The position numbers were made by a program, and so were the translations under genes. The notes below the pieces were generated by a model, which saw only the letters and a program-made list of their open reading frames with translations, did no database searches and was not told where the DNA came from. Below are positions 13,410 to 25,489 of a stretch of 64,000 nt of DNA, piece after piece. Source of the stretch: the human T2T-CHM13v2.0 reference genome, Homo sapiens; the NCBI RefSeq assembly GCF_009914755.1, contig NC_060936.1; one strand, given 5' to 3'. Positions within the stretch are counted from its first letter, which is position 1; every line of letters begins with the position of its first letter.

Positions 13410-14183
13410 TGTATCCCCACATGCGACGCGTGTCCTCTGTGCAGAGCTGGGACACTGGTACTATCGTGTCTCTACATGTGACCTCATGTCCTCTGTGCAG
13501 AGCCCGGGGTGTGGGTGCCATCATGTCCCCACATGTGACCCCATGTCCTCTGTGCAGAGCTCGGGACACTGGTGCCCTCGTGTCCCCACATGTGACCCCA
13601 TGTCCTCTGTGCAGAGCTTGGGACACTGGTGCCCTCGTGTCTCCATGTGTGACCTCATATCATCTGTGCAGAGCTTGGGACACTGGTGCCATCGTGTCCC
13701 CACACGTGACCATATGTCCTCTGTAAAGAGCTGGGACACTGGTGCCATCATGTCCCCACGTGTGACCTCAGTCATCTGTGCAGAGCTCGGGACACTCTTG
13801 CCATCGTGTCCCCACATGTGACCTCATGTTCTCTGTGCAGAGCTGGGACACTGGTGCCATCGTGTCCCCACGTGTGACCTCAGTCATCTGTGCAGAGCTG
13901 GGACACTGGTGCCATCGTGTCCCCACATGTGACCGTATGTCCTCTGTACAGAGCTGGGACACTGGTGCCATCATGTCTCCACACGTGACTCCATGTCCTC
14001 TGTGCAGAGCTCAGGACACTGGTGCCATTGTGTCCCCACGTGTGACCTCATGTCCTCTGTACAGAGCTCGGGACACTGGTGCCATCGTGTCTCCACGTGT
14101 GACCTCATGTCTCTGTACAGAGCTGGGACACTGGTGCCATCGTGTCTCCATGTGTGACCTCATGTCATCTGTACAGAGCTCGG
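13410..14183. repeat. 56-57 bp minisatellite, about 13.5 copies
   Basis: Unit GTGTCCCCACATGTGACCTCATGTCCTCTGTGCAGAGCT(C)GGGACACTGGTGCCATC; GCAGAGC recurs at 13441, 13497, 13554, 13611 and 13668. Confidence 0.95.
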
Positions 14184-16002
14184 GGCTGTCTTCCTGTGGC
14201 TGCTCCTGGGTGGTCAGGCCCTGTGTTCGAGGCGGCTTTGACTGTGACTGTCCCGGGTGCAGCCATCACTAACCCAGCCTAAGAGCAATAAACCCATCTG
14301 CCCTGGCCTGGAGAATGTGTGGGTTGCTATGCACCTGTCGCCATGGCACCAGCACCTGTGACTTCAGGTCGGATGAGCGTCTGGAGAAGAGCAAGCAGCG
14401 TCAAATGGTCAGGGGCCCAGGGTGCCTGCGGAGGTCAGCCTCTGCCCAGTTCTCTGCAGGGAAACCTGTGGGGCCGTCCTGGGCCCCACGGAGCTCACAG
14501 TCGCCCTGGGGAGAGGGAGGAGGGGCCCAGGAGGTCTTCTCATCTGGGACAGTCCTGGAAGAGGCCCTTTAGGGACTCGCATGGTAAGTTTAGTCCAGAA
14601 ATGGAGCACCCAGCAGCCAGGCTGAGCCAGGACCTGAGAAAAGAGACAGCTGTCCCCAGAAGTCCTGCCCTGCGGCTGCTCCATCCACCAGCCAAGTGGA
14701 GCATCCTGGACCCACTCACAAGGAGCTCTGCTCTTCATGACTTTAATGCAACCTGTCACCGTCATGGTGGGTGATCACTAATAGAGCATAGCAAGGCAGG
14801 GAGACTACAGGGCAGGGAGTTTCTGCAGAAGACATTGGAACCAGGAATGTACACAGATACCGGGAATGTGAATTGTAGCTTCAAAGGGAAGGCACAGGCA
14901 GCCCAGCAACAGCAGCAGCCGATGGGAGCTCGCGGGGAGCCCACCTCTCCTCCAAGTGGTGAGAGACCCCAGAGGAGAGGCCTAGGGTCTCTGTCCCCCT
15001 GGAACAGAGAGAAAGATGCCTGCGTGGACGGGTCCCCAGAGGTGTGGACAGCAGGGTCCCCACGCTGACCACGGCAGGACAAGCTAGGGTTCAAGCTCCT
15101 CAAGGAAAGCTTTAAGCTCATCCTCAGGTTCTGAGCAGGTGCAAGCCAGTCCCAGGGACGCTTTGTTCCGTTCCCTGCTCTCCAGGGGAGGCGGGTGGGG
15201 AAGGGAGGAAGACAGAGGCCTCTCCCTCCTCCCTGCACAGCCTCAGACCTTCCTGCCAGAAGCAGCGCTGGACTGGCGTCCAATAACGGTGATGATAAAG
15301 CTAATAATTATTAGCATTATGAATTAATAGACAGGGAGGCAGTGAAGTGCAGGTGCTGGGGGGCTACAGCACAAAGTCCAGGAGAGTCCATCCCGGCCCC
15401 GCCCCTGAGCCCGGGTGACCTTGGGCCAATCCCCCAAGGTCACCCCTTCTGTTGGCTTCCATCACCTCGAAATTGCACCTCCCAGGAGAGCACAAAATGA
15501 GAAAAAGCGCTTAAAACCCTGAGCACGGATGGCTCCTGCCTCAGGGCTGTGAGCTGCTGCCACCATTAGTCCTGAGAAAGCCAGTGGGGCAGGGGCTTCA
15601 CCCAGCCTGGGATGCTTCATGTGGCCCATATGGTGTCCTGGGAAATTCTGAGTCTGTTGCCAATAGTTCAAAGTTGGGATGTTCCAGGTAAAACCTGGAT
15701 TTCCACCTCATCCTGGAGAACCAGAAGTCCCGGCAGCCCTGGGCGCACCCGGCCACAGTTGGCTGCCAGAGTCAAGGCTGGGGGCTGCTCCCCAGTGACC
15801 CAGCTCCCACCAGCTGGACTGGCAGCCACATCCACCCAGCCCCATTGGTGCTGTGACCCTGATGTGACCTGGGCCTCTGCCGCCGAGGCCCTGAGCCCCC
15901 CTCCCCCAGCGAGAGGCCTACGGCCTCTGGAATAAGCTCAGTGGGGAGCGGCCTGCTGTGGGGACGCCTCTCACCACAGGTTCCCCCTGAGTTTTAAACA
16001 AA

Positions 16003-16660
16003 ATGCACATGTGCACACACGCACACACTGAAACACACATCTGCACACACCTGCACACAGGTACACACCCACACGGATGTACACCACACACATGCCATGC
16101 ACACACATAGACACACATGTGCACTCACACACATCCCACAGACATGTGTGCACACTTATGCACACATGCTTAAGTACACACCTGCACAGAACACATGTAC
16201 ACGCATATACATACTCATATCCACACACCCCATGTACCTGTGTGCACATGCATGCTCAAATACTCATAACACACATGTACACACATATGCACACATGCAC
16301 ACTCACATCCATACATCCCATATACCTCTGTGTACACACATTCTCAAATACACACTGGCACATGACACATGTACACACATATACACACAACCAAAAACAC
16401 ATCCATGCACACACATACACACATATGCACATGAAAACACGTCTGCACATTCATGCATACTAGATGCACACATCCACACACCCACGTGGATACACAGATA
16501 CACGTGCACACTAACATCCACTCAGCTCCACACACCTGCACGTGCACACCTGCACACACACCTGCACACACACCTGCACACACACCTGCACACACACGCC
16601 CACATCACATCTATATGAACACCTGTACACACACATGCCGCATGCACACCTGCACACCCA
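16003..16660. repeat. Degenerate (CA)n/(CACATG)n low-complexity tract
   Basis: CACA/CATG/TACA-rich, with a short CACCTGCACACA 12-mer run near 16548-16596. Confidence 0.9.
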
Positions 16661-16837
16661 GCCTGTCTCCCAGCCTTAGGACAATGACATTCTCCCTTCA
16701 GGGTTCCCAAATCCATGACTACACTCACTCAACCCCTCTGCAGGGCCGTGCAGACCCCGTATCTGCTGCCCGAAAGGGAGGCAGTGGGGGATGATGAGAA
16801 GCTCCCCTGACACCAGGGATCCAGTGTCTCTCAGGCC

Positions 16838-17773
16838 CAATTGATCTATGCTGTTGCTCAAGTCTTCTCTCACCCTGTTGTTCTTCTGTCTGGCTGATCT
16901 ATCCATTATTGGAAATGGGGTATTGAAACCTCCTGCTGCATTTCTGTGCTTCTCCCTTCAGTTCTGTCAGTTTGTTTTACATATTAGTGTGCTTTGTTAA
17001 TAGGTCCATATGTGTTTATAACTGCTATATCTTCCCAGTAAATTTACCTTTTCGTCATTGTGTAAAGTCCTTTTTGTCTCTTGTGACAGTTTTTGACTTG
17101 ATGTCTATTTTGTCTGACATGAATGTGGCCATCTCTGCTCTGTTTTGTTTACCATTTGCATGGAGTATCTTTGTTCATTCTCTCATTTTGAACCTGTGTA
17201 TGTCCTTATATCTAAAGTCATATGGAGGTAGAGAGTGGAAAGATGGATAACAGAGACTGGGAAGGGTGAGTGGGGATGGGGGAGGATGAAGAAAAGTTGG
17301 TGGAAGGGTACAAAAAACAGTAAGATAAAAAAATAAATTCAATGTTTGATAGCAGAATAGGGTGAACATAGTTAACAAAAGTATATTGTACTTGGGTGAT
17401 GGACACCCTATACCCTGACTTGATCACTATGCATTATATATGTGTAACAACATTTCACATGTGCCCCATGAATTTGTACAAATAAAATAATATAAAGTGT
17501 CTTGTAGACAGCATATAGCTGCATCTTATTATGCATTCAGCCACTCTATGTCTTTTGACTGGGGAGTTTCACCCATTTATATTTAAATTAATGACTGATG
17601 GGGAGGGACTTACTATTGCTATTTTATTGTTTTCTGTTTGTCTTATAATTATTTGTTCCTCTTTTCCTCTCTTGCTGCCTTTCTTTGTGTTTCTTTGTTG
17701 TTGTTTTTTTGTACTGAGCTGCTTTGATTTCTTTCTCATTTTCTTTGGTGTATCTTCTATAGGTATTTTCTTT
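16838..17773 (-). mobile_element. Old L1 (L1M-type) ORF2 5' region, antisense; interrupted by an L1MA 3' end
   Basis: T-rich antisense L1 signatures: TCTATCCATTATTGGAAATGGGGTATTGAA, TTACCATTTGCATGGAGTATCTTT, CTTGTAGACAGCATATAG, CATTCAGCCACTCTATGTCTTTTGA. Confidence 0.75.
17219..17492 (+). mobile_element. L1MA (L1MA4-like) 3' end inserted into the older L1
   Basis: GGTGATGGACACCCT…CCCTGACTTGATCACTATGCATTATA…TTTGTACAAATAAAA is an L1MA 3' terminus; TAAAGT is duplicated at 17213-17218 and 17493-17498. Confidence 0.75.
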
Positions 17774-18926
<1,153 letters not shown>

Positions 18927-19095
18927 TCTTCTGTTGGTATTTTCTTTGTGGTTACTATGGGGACTGCATAAAACATCTCATAACAATCGACCTTAAGCTG
19001 ATAACAACTCCAACTGCATGCAAAACCTCTATCCTTTCTACAACCCCCTGCTTTATGTCCTCAGTGTCACAGATTACACCTTCTTACACTTGGTA
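18927..19095 (-). mobile_element. Continuation of the old L1 beyond the RPS6 insertion
   Basis: TATTTTCTTTGTGGTTACTATGGGG…TTAAGCTGATAACAACT resumes L1M antisense sequence directly after the TSD. Confidence 0.65.
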
Positions 19096-19299
19096 TCAAT
19101 TCGCAGAGCTTTGTAGCTGCCTCAGAAAGGCTTCTGGGCCTTGCTGTTGTGAGTTGGTGTTTCTGTCGGGAGGCAGTTCTGGGCTTCCTGTTCCGCCTTT
19201 GTGCTCTCCTCTCTGGAGGTCTAAACACTCAGCCAGGATCATGTGACAACCCCGGACTCTCTGTGCTTCCATCCTGCACTGGAGCAACCTCCTGAGAAA

Positions 19300-19710
19300 G
19301 TGCCCAGAAAGAGTGACCTGGCGGGTCTGAGACGATGGCCCTGGGAAAGGCCTGCTGGTGAGGGTGCCCTTGGCTGGTGTCTTGGAATCTGGCTGCAGCA
19401 GTTCCCTGCGCAGACACACAACCTCCCTCAATAGCGAGGAGCTCCTGTGTCTAAACTCCTGTGGAAACCACGTGGTATCCTGAGCCCGTTTCCTTCTGGG
19501 GGCCTGGAATGTCTGTGCGCGCCAAGCAGAGGTGCCCCCGTGACCAGCCCCCTAGTCGCTGGGCGCTGAGTCTCTGTGGGCTTCCCTGGTGGGCGACGTC
19601 TCACTGTGCCGTCACGTCACGTTGCTGAAGGAACTAAGCACAGCCATTGTGGCTCCACAGGGAGAGGACAGGGATGCTTGTGCCTGGTGCCTTGGACTTG
19701 GCCGCCCAGC
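19300..19710 (+). mobile_element. MER68-like ERVL LTR (3'-truncated)
   Basis: GAAAGGCCTGCT…CCCTTGGCTGGTGTC…TTTCCTTCTGGG…GTGACCAGCCCCC…CTGAGTCTCT…CTCCACAGGGAGAGGAC is collinear with the recalled MER68 consensus. Confidence 0.7.
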
Positions 19711-20214
19711 CCCTGGCTGTGCTCACCCCTCCCCAGCCCCTGCAGCCCTGGATGGCAGTGGCTTCCTGCTGATGCCTAACTCGGGGTCACTGCCCCACCA
19801 TTTCTTCTGCAGCTCCTCCAGCCCCTCTGTGGCGAGTTCCATGATTAAGTGGCCCCCATGGCACTCCCTGGGTGGCTCTGGCTTCCTGGCTGCCCTGGCC
19901 CACTCATAGGACCCTTTTCTACCAAGCATGGCCTCCTGGGAGCCTCACACCCCAGGACACAGAAGGGACCGGGGCCCAGCAGGTGGGTTGCTGACCCCGG
20001 AGACAGAGTGTCCACTTTGCTCATGGCCAGAAGTCATTTCATTATCTCTAAGAAGCAGACAGTCTGCTCCTCCTGTGTCTATAATTTTATTTACCTTCAC
20101 AGACACACAGAATGTCAATGTGACTTCCTACCTCCAACTCAGCAAGGAGGACACGGATGCTTAGATGGGAAACGGCTGCTGCAAACGCAGCCTGAGTGTG
20201 AGGTCAGGGGCTGT

Positions 20215-20545
20215 GCAGACAGACAGGCAGACAGACAGATGGAGAGATGGACAACAGATGGATAGATGGACAGGCAGACACACAGATGGATGGACGGACA
20301 GACACACAGACAGGCAGATAGGCGTACAGATGACAGACAGACACACATGGACAGGCAGACAGACAGACAGATAGATGGAGAGATGGACAACAGACGGATA
20401 GATGGACAGGCAGACACACAGATGGACGGACAGATACACAGACAGGCAGATAGGTGGACAGATGAGAGACAGACACACATGGACAGGCAGACAGACAGAC
20501 AGATAGATGGAGAGACAGCAGAGACACACAAGCAGACACACAGTC
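20215..20545. repeat. (GACA/GATG) compound microsatellite with about 135-bp higher-order duplication
   Basis: AGATGGAGAGA recurs at about 20237, 20373 and 20505. Confidence 0.85.
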
Positions 20546-21769
20546 AGGCAGACCTGGTTGGATTCCCGCCAGTCGCCCTAAGTAGTTCAGTTGACTGTTC
20601 AGAGCTTTTGTTGCTCACCTGCGAAGAGGGGCGGGGCTCCGTCTCCTGATCTTCGGACCACCCTCCATCCCCACCTACCCGTGGGGAAGCCCCCTCCCTA
20701 CTCTCAGTGGACCTGGGGGTGCACACAGCACTGCTCCCTGATGCCAGGCTCTTAGGGCAGTCGCGTGGCCCAGGCCTGGGGAGTCCCTGGACTCCGTCTC
20801 CTGGTCACAGGGACGGGCCCAGGATCAGCGGGGTGTGTGGGGTGGGATTCTAGACCAGCGGGGATGTTCCAGGCTGGTGGGACCCTGTGGATGCGGATGC
20901 AGCTCCCCATTTCTTGCCTTCCAGGGTGTTGTGGTTCTGAAAGAGAAACCCCAGTGCAGTAGGTGAATGCGTCCCCAGAAATCCCCCTGGGGGTCCCCAG
21001 TCACAGTGGACAGTGAAGCCATGACTCAAGCAGGCCCCCCAACCCCGAGTCCCACTGTCCCCTAGTCAGAGCCCATGGGGACCCGGCCTGGGTCACTGCA
21101 CAGGAAACGATGCTGGACTCACTGTGGAACCCACAGGCCCAGTGATCTGGTCTGACCCAGGAGGACTTGAGCGGCCCAGTCCCCAGGGGCTTCCTGTGTG
21201 ACATCACAAGCAGACTGAGGCCCGTCAGAGCCGCCCCAGGCAGTTATGTGAGGTGCTCTCAACTTACAACCTTTAAAACAAGGAAGACCCACCCTGTTCC
21301 CAGGAGCTTTCCAGATCCACCAAGGGCAGGTGGGAAGAGACCTTGAAGTATCAGGGTTCGAGCCCCGAGAGGAGATCCAAGGGGACCCCCTCCTCCATCT
21401 GACTGAGGAACGGACTCCCCACTTCCACCAACCCAACTCGTCATGGCTGCTCGGAAATCTCATATTCAACTCAAAAAAGGAGGCGAAACTCCTCTCAACG
21501 CCTGCATTTTAAGCAGCGGCTCCTCGGCTCTTGTGCGCTGTTCAGGCGCTCGCAGATCGTCCCTGCTCTTCCCTCCACCCTGCAGTGAGCTCCTGGCAGC
21601 TGGGCCGGACGCAGCTTCCCATGAGCAGAGGATCGACCTGGGAGCCTGGTGGGTGATCTCCGCCCAGACCAAGCATGAGAACCCCAAGTCCAGTGGGACA
21701 GGCCACAGACCAGCGACTGCTGCCCATGCCTGTCCTGGGGACTCCAGACAGTGCCGAGGGAAAGGAGAA

Positions 21770-21990
21770 ATCATTCATTCAGCCATTCATTCGTTGACCC
21801 AGGCAATTATTCATTCATTCATTCAACAGATATTGACTGAGTCCTCCCTTTGAGGCAGGCACTGTTTTATGCACTGAAATACAACTATTTATACAACAGA
21901 CACTCTTCCCTCCCCCCATGGAGGTTCTGTTCAAGCGGGGAGACAGTCATTTGTTAAATGAAACATAAAATCTCAGTGACAATTAGAGCT
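21770..21990 (-). mobile_element. L2 3'-end fragment
   Basis: CATTCATTCATTCAACAGATATTGACTGAG…GCAGGCACTGTT… matches the antisense L2 3' end. Confidence 0.65.
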
Positions 21991-23821
21991 CTGGGGGAGA
22001 ATGAAGGAGCAGGAAGAGGCAGACGAGGAGGAGCCGGGGCTGCCAGGTGCAGTAGCCCAGGTTGCGCACTGCTCAACTTTGCTGTAGGATTCACATCACA
22101 GTCATCAGAGTCACACTGGGCAGTTTTCCAGTAGATGGCCGCACTGTGTCTCAGGAAGGGCCCATTGCCGCTTTGTCCAAGGCCATCTCATGGGCTCAAA
22201 GCCATGGGAGGGGAGGGGTCCTGCCAGGATGACACAGAGTCTGGGGCCCTCACTTTCCTCCCATCAGATGATGCCCAGCCTGGGAAGGCACTGAGACCGC
22301 AGCGGAGTGGGCCAGGGGGCAGTGAGAGGAGGGGACGTGGGTGGGGCAGGGCTGGGGCACTGGAGGAGCAGGTCAGGCAGGGCCCGTCAGCCCAGGGGCA
22401 CCCCAGGACTCAAGCCCGCAGCCGACCCTGCTCTGCTAGGCCTCACTGCAGCTGTGGGAAGGGGAAGCATGGAGCCCTCCCTCAAGGTCAGTGCAGCGCC
22501 TGGCTTGAGCTCATGACGGTGACCGTCCCCTGCTGCCACCATTGTAGTCACTGCCCTGGTGGGCAGCCTGGACCCCAGCTCCACCGCGCATGGACTGTGT
22601 GGTCTTGGGCAGTGCCAAGCTCAGCCTCACGGGCCTGTGGGGACGGTCACAGGAGGTCCACGTGCCAGGCCCAGGGTTCATGCACAGGGTTACCACCACT
22701 GCGAGGTTGCCTGCCCCGTCTTGTACCCGGCCGTCCATGTCCTCACCTCAGGCAGCAGGACAAAGGCAAGTGGAACTGAGAGGGGAGAGAGAGGCCAGAG
22801 TCCCCTGCAGCCCTGTCCCCAGGACCAGTGCCAAGAGCAACCTCAGAGGAGGGACCTGGGAGTGGCTGGTTCCAGTCCCCACCCCCACTCCGATGGGAAA
22901 GTGACCCCGGGTGACCTGCCAAGGTCACAGGGCAGAGCTAGGGCGAGGTCTAAGCACCTCATGTCTGAGCAGAGGAACCCACTCAAGGCCCACCAGGACC
23001 CACACGGCCAGTGTTGTCATCACTGAGACATAGAGACGGGGGCCCCCGAGCCACACAGCTGGACAGTGAGAAAACCAGGCTCCCAGCAGTGAGCTGGCCG
23101 CATGCCCAGGGCCTTCCACAGCTCCACACAGCCCAGCCTCCAAACCAACTCAGGATGGGCCCAGGGCTCAAATGCCCCCAAGGCCCAGGCAGAACCGTGG
23201 GAGTGCAGGTGCCCAGGGGTGACGATAGGGAACGGTGGGGACTGCGGAGAACCGGAGAGGGCTTCCCTCCTAAGGGCAGTGAACCTCAAAGTTCCCTAAA
23301 CCTACAGAGCCCACCAAGCTCACCTCTCCAGGGGGCTTCAGTCCAGTCTCAAGAGTGGCACCTGGTGAAGGGGGTTCTTGGGATGTGACAGTGACCTCCG
23401 AAGCCTGGACATTTGCTCTGTAAGGAGGGGGTCTGGGCTTTTAAAATGTCCTGCTGAGAAAAGAGAAGACACAGGGTGGATTCGGGCACAAGGGATGTGA
23501 CGGAAGGAACAGCCCCTCTGCAGCGGTGGCGGTTCAGAGGGCCCAATCAGCACACGACCCCCACCCTGGCCCCTGCAGAAAGGCAGGCCTGGTGCGGAAG
23601 CTGAAACTCGAAGCCTAGCGCGAAGGCCCCGCAGATGTCAGTCGTGGGGTGCGCCAGAGGCAATGGGGGCCCCGTGATGAGTGCGACCCTAACTGGGTTA
23701 TGTTGATGAACGCAGGGATTTTCACATCAGAGTTAGGAATGGCGGTGACAATAAACTAAGGAATGGTTTCCGTGGATACAGTTGACACGCGGAATCTTGT
23801 GTCTTAGAAAGCCTGTCTTGA

Positions 23822-23949
23822 GGCTGGTTACAGTGGTTCACGCCTATAATCCCAACATTTTGAGAGGCCAAGGAGGGAGGATCGCTTGAGGCTAGCAGTT
23901 CAAGACCAGCCTGGCCAGCATAGCAAGATTCCATGTTTATTAAAAATTT
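23822..23949 (+). mobile_element. FLAM/AluJ left monomer
   Basis: GGCTGGTTACAGTGGTTCACGCCTATAATCCCA…GGAGGATCGCTTGAGGC…AGTTCAAGACCAGCCTGG; single monomer. Confidence 0.85.
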
Positions 23950-24112
23950 TGAAAGGCACGTTGCTTTGTGTCTCAGGATTGCTCTGTGCTGTGTTCAGAC
24001 AACAGGAGGATGAAAACAAACTCTCCAATCTCGGGGCTGGGAGGAAACAGGGTGCCTATTACCGTGAGGTGGGATGAATTGATCTTTCATTTAATCCTCC
24101 TGCAATGCTCGT

Positions 24113-24640
24113 GGGTTCGTTCCTTCCTTCCTTCAAGAAGCGTTTCTTGCGGCACCTACTACGGGCCAGGTGCTGTCCTGGGCTCTGCAGATCCAAAAGT
24201 GAAAGAAACGGACAAAATCCCTGCCCTCCTGGAGCTCCCCTGAAATAAGCGGATCCGTGAAATGAAGGGAAGAGGTGAAGCCAGAGGCGTCGGGGCTGGG
24301 AAGGGAAGAACCGGGCAGGGCCCCGGGGGCATCTGGGGGGCGGCGGGGCCTCTCCAGCCGCGGGGGCCTCTCCAGCTCTGGGGCTCCTCTGAGCGGGGCC
24401 TGCGCGGTGAGGAGCGGCCCCTACTGCGGGCAGGAAGCAGCGCGGGAGGGGGAACCGCAGGGCAGACCCGGGCCGGCATCGCCTCCGGGGACGGGCCCGC
24501 TGTGCCCGGGAGGGGTCAGGGCCCTAGAGGCGGCGGCAGCGCGTGGACCAGGCCCCGACTCAGGGTCCCGGGCAGGAGCGTGGACTTCGTGCATTCGGAA
24601 GCCGCCGGTCGAGGCTCGGTGGCTGCTGCGGGGGCAGCGG
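24113..24640 (-). mobile_element. L2 relic extending into the CpG island
   Basis: GCACCTACTACGGGCCAGGTGCTGTCCTGGG…ACAAAATCCCTGCCCTCCTGGAGCTC is a clear L2 3' end; weaker collinear L2 motifs continue to about 24640. Confidence 0.6.
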
Positions 24641-25480
24641 GTGGGGAGGGCAGGACGCACCTCTGTCTACACCCGCTTCACCCGCTTAACGACACGAATC
24701 AGCGTCCTCCGCGCAGGGACCCGGAGCTGGCTGGAGGCGTCCGCAGAAGACCCGCGCCGGGGCCGAGGGCCGCGTGGGGGCCGCAGACTTGCAGGGAGCG
24801 CAGCCCCAGGTGGGCAGGGCCGAGGCGGGGACCTGAAGCCGGGGAGGGAGGCCCAGGGCGGGCTCCGCGCGTCCAGCCGCGGGTGGGTGTCTGCGCCGCT
24901 GGGGGTTCCAGAGAATTCTCAACCGTCCCCGTCTCTCCCCCCGGGACAGCGTCTCCATTCCAACCTGGCACGGACGCCAGGAGCTCGCGCTACGAGTCAT
25001 TTTAAAAAGAAAACACAATTTACGTGTGAAAGTCGAGACGAGAAAGCTCGCGGGTGCCCGTTAGGATTTGTGGGGTGAGACGGGAGAATTCACACCAGTC
25101 CCAGCTGCCCTCCAGGGAAACAGAACCCACGAACGTGTCACGTCTGCGTTTATCGATAACCGCGTGTGCGCGGAGGGGCTGTGCTCAGCGTCCCACGTGA
25201 GGCTCCCGGGAGAGCTCCCTCCCCTTCCGCGTCTGGCTCTGGGAGGGCCCTGGGCGGCCAATCAGGATCCCCATTGCCTTCGCCGAAGTGCTGTGTCCGG
25301 TGCAGGCCTGTGACCCACGTGGCCTCCAACAGGGTCCCTGTTTATCGCGCTGTCGTGGTCGTGGGGTTTGAGGAAGAAAGCCCAGCGCTGGCGCCATTTG
25401 GTCTCCCATCCAAGTTCTAACCGGGTCCGACCCTGCTTAGCTTCCGAGATCAGATGAGCTCGTAGGCGTTCGGGGGCATG
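24260..25480. promoter_or_regulatory. CpG island (orphan; no associated gene recognised)
   Basis: Very GC-rich with dense CpG (CGCG, GCGG and CCGG clusters) relative to CpG-depleted flanks; judged by eye, not computed. Confidence 0.75.
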
Positions 25481-25489
25481 GCCGTAGAC
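25377..25489 (-). pseudogene. RNA5SP: 5S rRNA pseudogene/variant
   Basis: Reverse complement GTCTACGGCCATGCCCCCGAACGCCTACGAGCTCATCTGATCTCGGAAGCTAAGCAGGGTCGGACCCGGTTAGAACTTGGATGGGAGACC matches human 5S nt 1 to about 92; 3' part degenerate (…CCAGCGCTGGGCTTT). Confidence 0.93.

Noticed and set aside
24262-25078. 247-aa and 267-aa Gly/Arg/Pro-rich ORFs
   Set aside because: Expected stop depletion in a CpG island; overlapping frames are open on both strands, with no domain and partly L2-derived sequence.
25377-25489. Functional 5S rRNA gene
   Set aside because: Single copy outside the 2.2-kb 5S repeat, with indels and substitutions, a degenerate 3' stem, and no upstream D box or oligo-T terminator.
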